This document shows positions 19,412 through 30,150 of a stretch of DNA of 64,000 nt, piece by piece; position 1 is the stretch's first letter, and the number at the start of each line of letters is the position of its first letter. The stretch covers positions 1,473 through 65,472 of the forward strand of contig JAFPVW010000189.1 in NCBI GenBank assembly GCA_017395215.1. The letters are read 5' to 3'. A model generated the notes under the pieces. That model was not told the DNA's origin. It was given only the letters and a program-made list of their open reading frames with translations, and did no database searches. Both the position numbers and the translations under genes were made by a program. This stretch comes from Prevotella sp. (lineage in GTDB: Bacteria; Bacteroidota; Bacteroidia; Bacteroidales; Bacteroidaceae).

Positions 19412-19770
19412 AATCAAATCAACAGCGTGACGTTCAAATCACTTTGTCTTGCCCTCAATGTCTTGTGTCGCTCGTCGGCGGAATAGTCCTCTTAAGAGTT
19501 TCACGCTGCAAATCTACGAAAAAGATTTCATACACGCAAGCATTTTAGGCAAAAAGTAACGTGGGCCACCCGCTTTATTTTCATTTTTCTCTACATTCTA
19601 CATCATTGATCCTCCTTTCTACTTTTCACTGCAAACGAGCATAATGAACAGTATTTCTCATAAATCGTCGTCAATGCCAAGGCACAGGTTTACTTTTTTT
19701 GTTGTAAAGTGTCAAAATCGAAAGATTGAAAGAATGGGAATGAGTACATATACTATAGAATTTTCACGTC

Positions 19771-19855
19771 AAAGGGTGACACGCTGACACAACCCCGATG
19801 TACAAAGGGCTTGCAGCGTTTTGAAGGGTGACACACGCCGACACAAGGGTGACAC
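19771..19855 (+). repeat. Left 85-bp inverted repeat with five (T/C)GACAC iterons
   Basis: 81/85 identical to the reverse complement of 22150-22234. Confidence 0.92.
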
Positions 19856-19931
19856 GCTGTCAGTCGTCCTTTTAAGCCCGACTTACCCGGACGACGGAAG
19901 GCTTCTGTAAGGCGAAAGGCGGCGGTTTCGG

Positions 19932-20020
19932 GCTGAATTCTCTCGAGAATTTGGGCGTTAGGCGCCGCCTAACGGGTCATAAGCCGGCACTTAACGCCCA
20001 AATTCTCGAGAGAATTCAGC
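19932..20020. repeat. Long hairpin (perfect 29-bp stem, imperfect extension)
   Basis: gctgaattctctcgagaatttgggcgtta (19932-19960) is the exact reverse complement of 19992-20020. Confidence 0.92.
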
Positions 20021-20026
20021 AGTAAA

Positions 20027-20042
20027 TGGCACGTTTTTTGCT
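20027..20042 (+). promoter_or_regulatory. Sigma-54 (-24/-12) promoter candidate
   Basis: TGGCACG-TTTT-TTGCT is an exact match to TGGCACG-N4-TTGCW, 33 bp before ATG 20076. Confidence 0.6.
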
Positions 20043-20075
20043 GGTAAGAAGGTGTTACTAACCAAGTAAGGACGT

Positions 20076-22139
20076 ATGAAAGACATAAGTAAGGTATTGA
20101 TGAAGTATCTCTACCGCCGTGAGTGGAAGGAGAAGTACGTGACACTCAGCCAGATAGCCGAGTGGACGAAGAGTGGTAAATATCGTAGCCGCGTGGACGC
20201 TGCCAGGGGGTTCAGGGAGATTTCCGTCGACGGCGGAATGGTCTGCGGGCCGATGGCGGCAGAGGAACTGCCGAAAGTGATGCCTGCCAACGGGGCGGGG
20301 CCCAGTTATACGGGCCTCGTGCTACTGTCGTTCCGCGTTGACGAGGGCGTTGAGACGTTGGAGCGGCTGCGCCGGACGGTGAACCTGTGGGAGCAGACGG
20401 TGCTGTCGTTCATTGGGGCCGAGGGGCGGTCGCTTGAGGTGATTGTGGCCTATCGGCTGACTGGTGGCGGGCTGCCTGCAGCAGAGCCGCAAGTAGCTCT
20501 GTTCCAGCAGTATGCGTATAAGCGGGCGGCGGAGTTTGCGCTGGCATCGACGGGCTTCAAGCCTGTCGAGGTGGCGCACGACGGCTCTGAGTCGTTCCGC
20601 ATCTCCTGCGACGAGCAGGTGTACTACCATCCGGAGGCCAGGCCGATAGAGATGGTGCAGCCCAGGGAGCCGCTGACGGACGAGTCGGCCCAGATGGTCG
20701 GGAAGCCGGCCGAGGTGAAACTCGATACGGAGGTGCTGCCTGGCTACACGCGCCGCGAGATGGACGCCACGAAGTTCAACTTCATCTGCCGCGAACTGGC
20801 CAACGGCAGGGAGATGGACGAGGACGAGTATCTGATGACGTTAGCTGCGGAGTGCCGCAAGGCGGGCATCGACAAGGAACTGGCCATCAAGGATACCATC
20901 GCGATGGGGCTGTTCTTCAAGAAGGACATCCTAGTGCGCTCGGCGTTCAATGCGGCCTACGAGAAGCACCCTTTAGGGCGGAAGAACCCTGTGGAGCGGT
21001 CGCTGATGCACCAGCAGCTGCTGGAGGAATTCCTGCGCCGCCGCTATATGTTCCGCCGCAACAGCGTGACGGGCGACTTGGAGTATCAGGAGAAGTACCG
21101 CTACGCGCTGTGGTGGAAGCCGCTGACCGAGGAGGCGCGCAACGACATCAACAATGCGGCCATCGAGGAGGGCATCAAGGTGTGGCCGAAGGACCTGGAG
21201 CGCGTGCTCGTCTCTGAGCATACCGCCACCTACGACCCTGTGCGCGAGTGGCTCGACGGCCTGCCCGCCTGGGACGGCCGCGACCGCCTCGGCGAGCTGG
21301 CCGACCGCGTCAGGACGCAGACCCTCGGCTGGCGCGAGAACTTCAAGATATGGATGCGCTCGATGGTGAGCCAGTGGCGTGCAGGCCGCGATGCGATGTA
21401 CGGCGCCCAGATGGTGCTGATGCTCGTCGGCGGCCAGGGTACGCGCAAGTCGACCTTCATGCGGATGCTGCTGCCGCGTGAGCTGATGCCGTTCTATATC
21501 GACCGCATCGACTTTGCCAACCGCAAGGAGGCCCTTCGGGCGCTAAGCCGCTTCCTGCTCATCAACATCGACGAGTACGACCAGGTATCGAAGGCGCAGA
21601 CGGCCTTCCTGAAGCACCTCATCCAGCGCACTGACGTGAAGGAGCGCAAGCTCTACTCGACGACCTTTGAGCAGAGTCAGCGCTATGCCGCCTTCTGCGC
21701 TACCACCAACTCGCTGGTCCCGCTGAAGGACGAGAGCGGCAGCCGCCGCTATATGGTGGTCGAGGTGAGCGGCGTGATTGATACTGACACGCAGGGCGAC
21801 AAGGCCATCGACTACCGCCAGCTCTATGCCCAGATTGTCGAGGAAATCGAAAACGGCGAGGAGTACGCCTTCACGGGTGAGCGCGAGCAGCAGATTGTGG
21901 CGCAGAACGCCGACTACTATGAGACGCCCAATGTGGTGAGCATCTTCGAAGACCACTACCACAAGCCAACGGCTGCCGAGGAGGTAGTGCTGATGAGTCC
22001 GACGGAAATTATAAGTGCGCTGAAACTGAATCCTGCGAACCATTCCTACGCTACGCTGTTAGGACTGTATCTGCGCAGAAACGGCTTCGAAAGGGGCGAC
22101 GGACGTCAGCGGCGGCTCTATAAACTGGCGGAAAACTGA
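20076..22139 (+). CDS. VirE/VapE-family primase-helicase-like protein (BT4734/VirE_N + VapE ATPase)
   Basis: YTGLVLLS N-domain; YDPVREWLDGLPAWDGRDR, GGQGTRKST (Walker A), LINIDEYD (Walker B), FCATTN, SGSRRY. Confidence 0.88.
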   Translation: MKDISKVLMKYLYRREWKEKYVTLSQIAEWTKSGKYRSRVDAARGFREISVDGGMVCGPMAAEELPKVMPANGAGPSYTGLVLLSFRVDEGVETLERLRRTVNLWEQTVLSFIGAEGRSLEVIVAYRLTGGGLPAAEPQVALFQQYAYKRAAEFALASTGFKPVEVAHDGSESFRISCDEQVYYHPEARPIEMVQPREPLTDESAQMVGKPAEVKLDTEVLPGYTRREMDATKFNFICRELANGREMDEDEYLMTLAAECRKAGIDKELAIKDTIAMGLFFKKDILVRSAFNAAYEKHPLGRKNPVERSLMHQQLLEEFLRRRYMFRRNSVTGDLEYQEKYRYALWWKPLTEEARNDINNAAIEEGIKVWPKDLERVLVSEHTATYDPVREWLDGLPAWDGRDRLGELADRVRTQTLGWRENFKIWMRSMVSQWRAGRDAMYGAQMVLMLVGGQGTRKSTFMRMLLPRELMPFYIDRIDFANRKEALRALSRFLLINIDEYDQVSKAQTAFLKHLIQRTDVKERKLYSTTFEQSQRYAAFCATTNSLVPLKDESGSRRYMVVEVSGVIDTDTQGDKAIDYRQLYAQIVEEIENGEEYAFTGEREQQIVAQNADYYETPNVVSIFEDHYHKPTAAEEVVLMSPTEIISALKLNPANHSYATLLGLYLRRNGFERGDGRQRRLYKLAEN

Positions 22140-22149
22140 CCATCCGGGT

Positions 22150-22234
22150 GTGTCACCCTTGTGTCAGCGTGTGTCACCCCTCTAAACGCTGCACGCCCTT
22201 TGTACATCGGGGTTGTGTCAGCGTGTCACCCTTT
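22150..22234 (-). repeat. Right 85-bp inverted repeat
   Basis: Reverse complement of 19771-19855 with 4 mismatches; starts 10 bp after the virE stop. Confidence 0.92.
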
Positions 22235-22254
22235 ATCACAAAGATTCTATATAT

Positions 22255-22641
22255 ATGAGATACAAAATCGTCAAAGAGACCAAGCCGACATTGAAGACTT
22301 TCGGCAAGTACAAGGCCAAGGCCGTACACAACGGAGAAGTGGGCAGTCATCAGATTCAGAAAGAGGTGGCCAAGCACCTGGGCGTATCTGAAGGCGACGT
22401 CGTCGGTGTGATGATGGGACTGTCGACCGTCATCAGCCGCCACCTGCGCCGGGGCGACAAAGTACGTCTCGACACCTGGGGCCTGATGAAGCTCGAGATT
22501 GAGAGCGACAAGGTGGACGACCCCACCACATTCCGTGCCAAGAAGCACATCCACGGCGTCCGCCTCCACTTCCTGCCAGAGAGTGAGAAGGGTAAGCCCG
22601 AACTCTACCAGGATATGACGTTTGAGAAAGAGAGGGGATAA
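22255..22641 (+). CDS. Bacteroidetes HU-like DNA-binding protein
   Basis: SEGDVVGVM...LRRGDKVRLDTWG...RLHFLPE pattern typical of HU-like proteins beside virE genes. Confidence 0.82.
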   Translation: MRYKIVKETKPTLKTFGKYKAKAVHNGEVGSHQIQKEVAKHLGVSEGDVVGVMMGLSTVISRHLRRGDKVRLDTWGLMKLEIESDKVDDPTTFRAKKHIHGVRLHFLPESEKGKPELYQDMTFEKERG

Positions 22642-22680
22642 TTCCCCACGCTCTTCCAAACATCTTGTGTTTTGAAATCT

Positions 22681-24972
22681 CTACCTGACCACCACCTTCT
22701 TGCCACCGACGATATAGACGCCCTTTGAGGGACGGTCAACCTGCTGGCCGCTCAGGTTATAATACTTGCGGTCGTTAGGAAGTTGGCGGATGGTAGCGAC
22801 GTCGAGCGTCTCGGCAGAGGGAACGAGATAGGCGGCAGTGACGTTGGCGTTGCTGCCGCTGTTCACTTTCATGGCGTTGATGTGCACGAAGCTGTCGTTG
22901 CGCGCCCTGCCCTCGTTGGTGGGAGCCGTCTTCAGGTCGGCCAAGGGCAGGACGATGGCCTGCAGCGCCGTGTCCCAGTAGGGGTCGCTGCTGTTGAACG
23001 ACACGATAATCTGCTTATAGGGTCCGTGGTCGGTCAGTCGGTTGGCCAGGATGCGCAGTCCGCTCCCCGTGCCGCGCAGCACCAGCTTGTCGTACAGGCT
23101 GACGTCGGCAAACAGCTTGTAGCTGACGGAGCTGAAGCCGGCCACAGTGCCGCCACCGCCGACATTGTTGTTGAGGTTCCACTCGGTATTGACGGTCGTA
23201 GCCGTCGGCTGGGCGTTGGCACCCGTGCCGTTCCACTCGTGGAACATCGAGGCCATGAACTTCGTCCAGTCGTCAGGAGCTTCAAAGTCGTCGATGTCGA
23301 CGTAGTTCATGATATAGCCAAGCACATTGTCGGTACGCACGGGGAAGTACTCCGTCAGCAGACGCTGGCGCTCGGCCATATAGTGATTGTCGACGGTGTA
23401 GAGCTGGCCGCGCGACTGCCACTGATGCACGTCGCAGCGGTAGTCGCCCCAGCGGGCAGCCTCAGCGTAGATGGCGCCCGAGATGGTGTTGTAGAGACTG
23501 TCCCACACCTCGACCACGCTCTGCTCGCCAAGCAGTCCGTCCTTGGCCAGCAGCTCCTTGGCGCGACGCAGGTAGCGGCGGGCGAAGTCATCGTTACGCA
23601 GCAGGTTCTGGAAGATGCCCGTGGGGAAGGCGTTGCCGTTGTTCTTCGAGAGCACGTTCTCACGGGCACTCTCGAAGATAATCTCCGTGTCCCAGCAGAG
23701 GAAACGGAACCCCTGGCTGTCCTCGCCCCGGCGGCGGATGGCGTACCAGTTATGGTGGTCCCAGTCGGTGTTGCCGCCATACTGGTTGATGAGCATATAG
23801 TCGATGAAGGCGTCCACATTGAGCAGCGTGTCCAGCTGCTGGTAGGCCGACTCGTCGGTGGCGGCGCGGGTGGCCGTCTCAACCATCTGTTCCCAGGCGT
23901 CGAGTGTGCCCTCGGCAGCTTCGATGTGGTTGCCGCCGTCCTCCTCAATCTTGACCACGTCGATGTCGCTCTTCTTGCCGCCCAGGTGGTCCTTGCCGAA
24001 CTGTTCGTCCACACGTTCGGCCATGTTGTAGAGTCCCCAGTACATGCCATTAAGAAATAGGTGGACGTAGAGGGCGTTGACGCCCAGTCCGCTGATGCGG
24101 CGCTGCATGCGCCGGGCCCACACGTCGCGGGAGTACTGTGCCTTGGTGCGGTTGCTCTCGCTCCAGTGCTGCCAGGCGTTGCCGAAGTGGCAGCGCACCA
24201 CCAGCTGGTCGAACTTCGACGGCTCGTCGTCGCCGAAGACGGGGTATTGCAGCGTCTTCGGGCCGTATTTCTCCTTGAACACCAGGCGGAACGAGTGCTT
24301 GGGGTTCTTCTCGGCCAGACGGCCGTGACCGCCGTGCAGTCGCAGGCCGCAGGTCGTCGACAGGTCGTGATTCTGGGGTCCGCCTATCAGCTCGATGCTG
24401 GCAGGGCGCGTCCAGCCGTGGCCCGTGGCATCGCCCACCGGCGGACCGGTGAAGATATAGATGCCGCCCGTCTCCTCGTCGGGCTCATGGCTGAACAGGT
24501 TGTCGCGGTCGGTGACGATGGAGAGGATAGGCAGGTCCGACAGGCCATTCACAATCTTCTGCGCCAGCTGGCGGTTGCCGGTCATCTCCGGATCCATGCC
24601 GTAGTCGGCGGTGGCCGTGCCCCAGATCTGGGTGTACTCGCCCCATGTGTCGGGATAGCCCTTGGGATTGTCGGGCTGCGCCAGGACTGAGGAGGTGAAA
24701 ATATACGTTGCCGTGGCTACGGGCGACAGTGAGTCGCCGATGACCTCGACCGCCCTTACCACCGTCGACTGCTCCAAGTGCAGCGGCTCGGTGTAGCGCT
24801 GGCTGGCGGCAGTGGGTGTGCTGCCGTCGAGTGTATAGTGGACGTCCGTCCCCTCAATGGCAACGGTGATGGAGCGGTCGCTGTAAAGACCGTGCGGCTT
24901 GCTGAACTGAGGTTGTGCCTCTGCCATCAAGGTGGCAAGCAGAAGTGCAAAGATAGTGTTGGCTCGTGTCAT
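22681..24972 (-). CDS. CotH-family kinase with Fn3-associated domain and T9SS CTD
   Basis: HYTLDGSTPT; KHSFRL, HLFLNGMYWGLY, DWDHHNW, WDTE; YNLSGQ...KGVYIVGGKKVVVR. Confidence 0.85.
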   Translation of the reverse strand: MTRANTIFALLLATLMAEAQPQFSKPHGLYSDRSITVAIEGTDVHYTLDGSTPTAASQRYTEPLHLEQSTVVRAVEVIGDSLSPVATATYIFTSSVLAQPDNPKGYPDTWGEYTQIWGTATADYGMDPEMTGNRQLAQKIVNGLSDLPILSIVTDRDNLFSHEPDEETGGIYIFTGPPVGDATGHGWTRPASIELIGGPQNHDLSTTCGLRLHGGHGRLAEKNPKHSFRLVFKEKYGPKTLQYPVFGDDEPSKFDQLVVRCHFGNAWQHWSESNRTKAQYSRDVWARRMQRRISGLGVNALYVHLFLNGMYWGLYNMAERVDEQFGKDHLGGKKSDIDVVKIEEDGGNHIEAAEGTLDAWEQMVETATRAATDESAYQQLDTLLNVDAFIDYMLINQYGGNTDWDHHNWYAIRRRGEDSQGFRFLCWDTEIIFESARENVLSKNNGNAFPTGIFQNLLRNDDFARRYLRRAKELLAKDGLLGEQSVVEVWDSLYNTISGAIYAEAARWGDYRCDVHQWQSRGQLYTVDNHYMAERQRLLTEYFPVRTDNVLGYIMNYVDIDDFEAPDDWTKFMASMFHEWNGTGANAQPTATTVNTEWNLNNNVGGGGTVAGFSSVSYKLFADVSLYDKLVLRGTGSGLRILANRLTDHGPYKQIIVSFNSSDPYWDTALQAIVLPLADLKTAPTNEGRARNDSFVHINAMKVNSGSNANVTAAYLVPSAETLDVATIRQLPNDRKYYNLSGQQVDRPSKGVYIVGGKKVVVR

Positions 24973-25035
24973 AATGGATGCAAAAATACTACAAAAAAGC
25001 GAGAAAACACGCTTCCGACGGCAACTTTTTTGCTT

Positions 25036-25104
25036 TATGAAACATAAACGAAAGTATGAGACACAAATAATGGCGGTTGCTTTCGGCTTTTTTGGCTATC
25101 TTTG
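25036..25104 (+). promoter_or_regulatory. Xylanase promoter with candidate activator site
   Basis: -7 element TATCTTTG at 25097; 33-bp motif at 25036 shared with 33525. Confidence 0.55.
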
Positions 25105-25127
25105 CACACAGAATGACTAAACCCTAA

Positions 25128-27401
<2,274 letters not shown>

Positions 27402-27440
27402 ACTTTGGCGTGCCTCATACGAAAGGGGCCGCTTTCAAGT

Positions 27441-27482
27441 CGTTCCCACGGTCTGGGTAAAACAACCCAAACCGTGGGAACG
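27441..27482. repeat. REP-like palindrome (GTTCCCA...TGGGAAC type)
   Basis: cgttcccacggtctgggt / acccaaaccgtgggaacg, 17/18-bp stem. Confidence 0.75.
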
Positions 27483-27499
27483 TCCTTTTGCCGCCGCCC

Positions 27500-27793
27500 G
27501 TCGTCGGCCATCGCCCCAATGACTATGTCATAGCAGTGCGGCTGTCCAGCCCTGCAAGCAACGACAAAATCGAGCCACTCATCGGTCAACTCCTTGAACT
27601 CAAGTACTTTCAGGCCTTCGGCCATCGTGTATTCATAGACATTAACCCTCGGCGTATCGTATTTCCCAGACCACCGTTCGGCCTGCTTTTTCAGCTGGGT
27701 ACAATAGAAACCAACACCAAAGTCCTTCGCGTAGCGTCCTTTGATGATGTGCGGGGTCTCTACCGTTGTAAAACTGCCATGATAAACCTCCAT
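27500..27793 (-). pseudogene. 3'-truncated DUF3990 protein
   Basis: VYHGS, KDFGVGFYCT, EWLDFV, YDIVIGAMADD, after which the frame runs into the palindrome and antisense of the xylanase gene. Confidence 0.75.
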
Positions 27794-27871
27794 AGCTCTT
27801 CTTTTTACTTATTGCCTGCAAAAGTAGCGTTTTTTCCTGAGTTTTGCAAGAAAAAGAGGGGAAAAGTGTAG

Positions 27872-27989
27872 CTGAACAAGAAAAGCCGTAGATTCTATTC
27901 TTAGCAACGGTGCCCGCTGGCATAATACCAGTGGGCACCGTCAGGGGACTGTATTTCAGAAATAATCACGAGAACCGTCCCGCCTGATT
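27872..27989 (+). repeat. 118-bp direct repeat, copy 1
   Basis: 114/118 identical to 29064-29181; contains acggtgccc(g/a)ctgg/ccagtgggcaccgt hairpin and gaaccgtccc motif. Confidence 0.92.
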
Positions 27990-28131
27990 CGTCCCGCCTG
28001 ATTTCAGAAAATGGTCACGCAGAACCGCCTTACCGGGTTTTATATCGGTTTTAGTTTACTTTCCCGCAGAAACATTTGGCATTGCCAAGAAAAATGACTA
28101 TATTTGCAGCCAGTTAATAAAGACAAGGCGT

Positions 28132-28437
28132 ATGACACAGCTTTTAATTACGTTGAAGGACAAGTCCTATCTACCCAACATACGGCGTATTGTGAAGTCG
28201 CTGCAGGGGGTGGAGAGCGTGAGCACTCCGAGAAAGCAGGCCGAATCAGCACCACGAAAGCCGACATCAACAGTTCGCAGGGGTAAGACAGGCACCCGTA
28301 AAGGCAAAATGCAGTCTGCCACGGGAGTCACAGACCCATTAGATGCTTTGGAAAGCATCGGAGACCTTGTTCGCAGCACTGGCAGAACCTCGGATCAGCT
28401 GATTGAAGAATACCTGACAGAAAAGTACCGCGTATGA
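28132..28437 (+). CDS. Putative antitoxin
   Basis: Small basic ORF ending EYLTEKY, overlapping the PIN gene by ATGA; promoter TATATTTG at 28099. Confidence 0.7.
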   Translation: MTQLLITLKDKSYLPNIRRIVKSLQGVESVSTPRKQAESAPRKPTSTVRRGKTGTRKGKMQSATGVTDPLDALESIGDLVRSTGRTSDQLIEEYLTEKYRV

Positions 28438-28886
28438 AGCTGTTCGTAGACACCAATATCATTTTGGAGTTCATCGACCATCGAGATGAATACGAAAGCG
28501 TTCGGCGTATTTTGGCCGACATCCGTGACGGTCATCATGCTGGCTTCATCTCACAAGGATGTGCCTATACACTCGCATTCCTTATAGAAAAGTCGTTGAA
28601 AGCCAGAGGTATCCATAAGCCCGAACAAACCGTGCAACTGCGCCTACTGCTGACATCGGTGCTTGCTATGCTGGAAGTGGCTGGCATCACCCGCGAGGAA
28701 ATGCTTCGAGCCGTAAGCAATGAGGCTTTCACCGACATAGAGGACAGCTTCCAATACCAGTGCGCCGTGGAGAATCGCTGTGATTTGATCGTCACCATTA
28801 ATATCGACGATTTCCGACATGCCGACCAGCGGCATCTGGAAATCCTCACCCCGACGCAGTTCGTGGAGAAATATATGACGAAATAA
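28434..28886 (+). CDS. PIN-domain toxin
   Basis: LFVDTNIIL, DIEDSFQY, IVTINIDDF acidic PIN motifs. Confidence 0.88.
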   Translation: MKLFVDTNIILEFIDHRDEYESVRRILADIRDGHHAGFISQGCAYTLAFLIEKSLKARGIHKPEQTVQLRLLLTSVLAMLEVAGITREEMLRAVSNEAFTDIEDSFQYQCAVENRCDLIVTINIDDFRHADQRHLEILTPTQFVEKYMTK

Positions 28887-29063
28887 TCCCGCCATGTTTA
28901 AATTCATCAAAAGTCTTTTGTCATAGAAGCTAAGAGTCATTCAGAGCCTCAGCGAACAACAATAGGACAGAAACGACATCCATCAGCTTTACCCCGATGG
29001 TTGATGACACTGCCGTTACCATCTATGCTTGGGAGAAATCAAATACCAGTCCCTTTGATTATT

Positions 29064-29181
29064 CTGAACAAGAAAAGCCGTAGATTCTATTCTTAGCAAC
29101 GGTGCCCACTGGCATAATACCAGTGGGCACCGTCAGGGAACCGTATTTCAGAAATGATCACGAGAACCGTCCCGCCTGATT
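29064..29181 (+). repeat. 118-bp direct repeat, copy 2
   Basis: 114/118 identical to 27872-27989. Confidence 0.92.
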
Positions 29182-29183
29182 GC

Positions 29184-29279
29184 GGTGGTCAGGAATCCCT
29201 CCAGCACGTCAAAGTTGGCCTTGTCGCGCAGCAACCGCTTCAAGGCCCAGTCAAAGCTGATGAATGTACGTTCCCTCAT
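29184..29279 (-). pseudogene. N-terminal fragment of Rpn-family PD-(D/E)XK nuclease/putative transposase
   Basis: MRERTFISFDWALKRLLRDKANFDVLEGFLTT, then the frame runs into the repeat and stops at 29148; own TATCTTTG promoter near 29305-29312. Confidence 0.78.
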
Positions 29280-29477
29280 AGTCACTTGTCTCCATTGTAG
29301 GCCGCAAAGATACAAACAAATATCCAAACTTCCAAATCTTTGGGCAAAAATGTTTAGCGATTGGCGATGGGGGAAGAACCTTAAATCTACAAAAATCTCA
29401 CATAAATCAAATAATCGTAGGTGTATTCGGAAAAAATGTGTATATTTGCAGCCGTAAACACAAGGAAAGGAAAGAGT

Positions 29478-29705
29478 ATGGCAACAATAGTATTACAAGT
29501 ACCCGACGAAACTCTCGTCACAAAAGTGAAGCAGGCCTGCAAGATGCTGATGGGGGTGACATCGGTAAAGGTGCATAAGACGGCTTCCGATGTCGAAGAC
29601 ATCACCAAGACGGCTCATTACAAGGCAGCTATGGATGATGTAAAGAACGGGCGTGTATATCACGCCAGCAGCGTTGACGATATGTTTGAACAGATTCTTG
29701 GCTAA
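29478..29705 (+). CDS. Putative antitoxin
   Basis: C-terminal AMDDVKNGRVYHASSVDDMF pattern; TAATG coupling to the toxin; promoter TATATTTG at 29441. Confidence 0.75.
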   Translation: MATIVLQVPDETLVTKVKQACKMLMGVTSVKVHKTASDVEDITKTAHYKAAMDDVKNGRVYHASSVDDMFEQILG

Positions 29706-29983
29706 TGTACAGCATTGACTATACTCATCAGTTCAAGAAAGATTTAAGGAAGTGTGTTAGGAGGGGATTGGATATTGATGCCATCAAGAAAGTCATCAAG
29801 ATTCTCTCAGAGACAGGAAACCTTCCCAAAGAATATCTACCACACCAATTGAAAGGCGACCACAAGGGGCAATGGGAATGTCACATTCAGCCTAACTGGT
29901 TAATGACGTGGGAGCAGAACGATAAGGGACTAACTCTTTTGTTCCTTGAAACGGGCACACACGCTGACATTTTCGGTTGGTAA
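29705..29983 (+). CDS. yafQ: YafQ-family (RelE superfamily) toxin
   Basis: QFKKDL, PHQLKG, WECHIQPNWL, TGTHADIF motifs. Confidence 0.88.
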   Translation: MYSIDYTHQFKKDLRKCVRRGLDIDAIKKVIKILSETGNLPKEYLPHQLKGDHKGQWECHIQPNWLMTWEQNDKGLTLLFLETGTHADIFGW

Positions 29984-30100
29984 CATAAGAGCAGGAGCAA
30001 AGTCAGACCCGCTCCTGCCCAATGTAAAATTAGCCGCGAACCGTCATCTCTGATTCCTTTTTCAAATAGAACCACTGTAAATACATTACGTCACCATAAC

Positions 30101-30139
30101 GCCGTCCTGCTGCACTTTCTGAGAGTGCAACAGGGCGGC
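30101..30139 (-). terminator. Hairpin downstream of surface-protein gene
   Basis: gccgtcctgctgcact/agtgcaacagggcggc, 14/16-bp stem 11 bp after the stop. Confidence 0.55.
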
Positions 30140-30150
30140 AGACATTTGAT

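Noticed and set aside
19771-22641. Prophage or phage satellite
   Set aside because: No integrase, repressor, terminase or structural genes nearby
28893-29083. Small CDS after the PIN gene
   Set aside because: Interrupted by in-frame stops; at most a decayed remnant of unknown identity
27872-30140. Classical integron cassette array
   Set aside because: No tyrosine integrase; hairpins lack recognisable attC R/L boxes; genes have their own promoters
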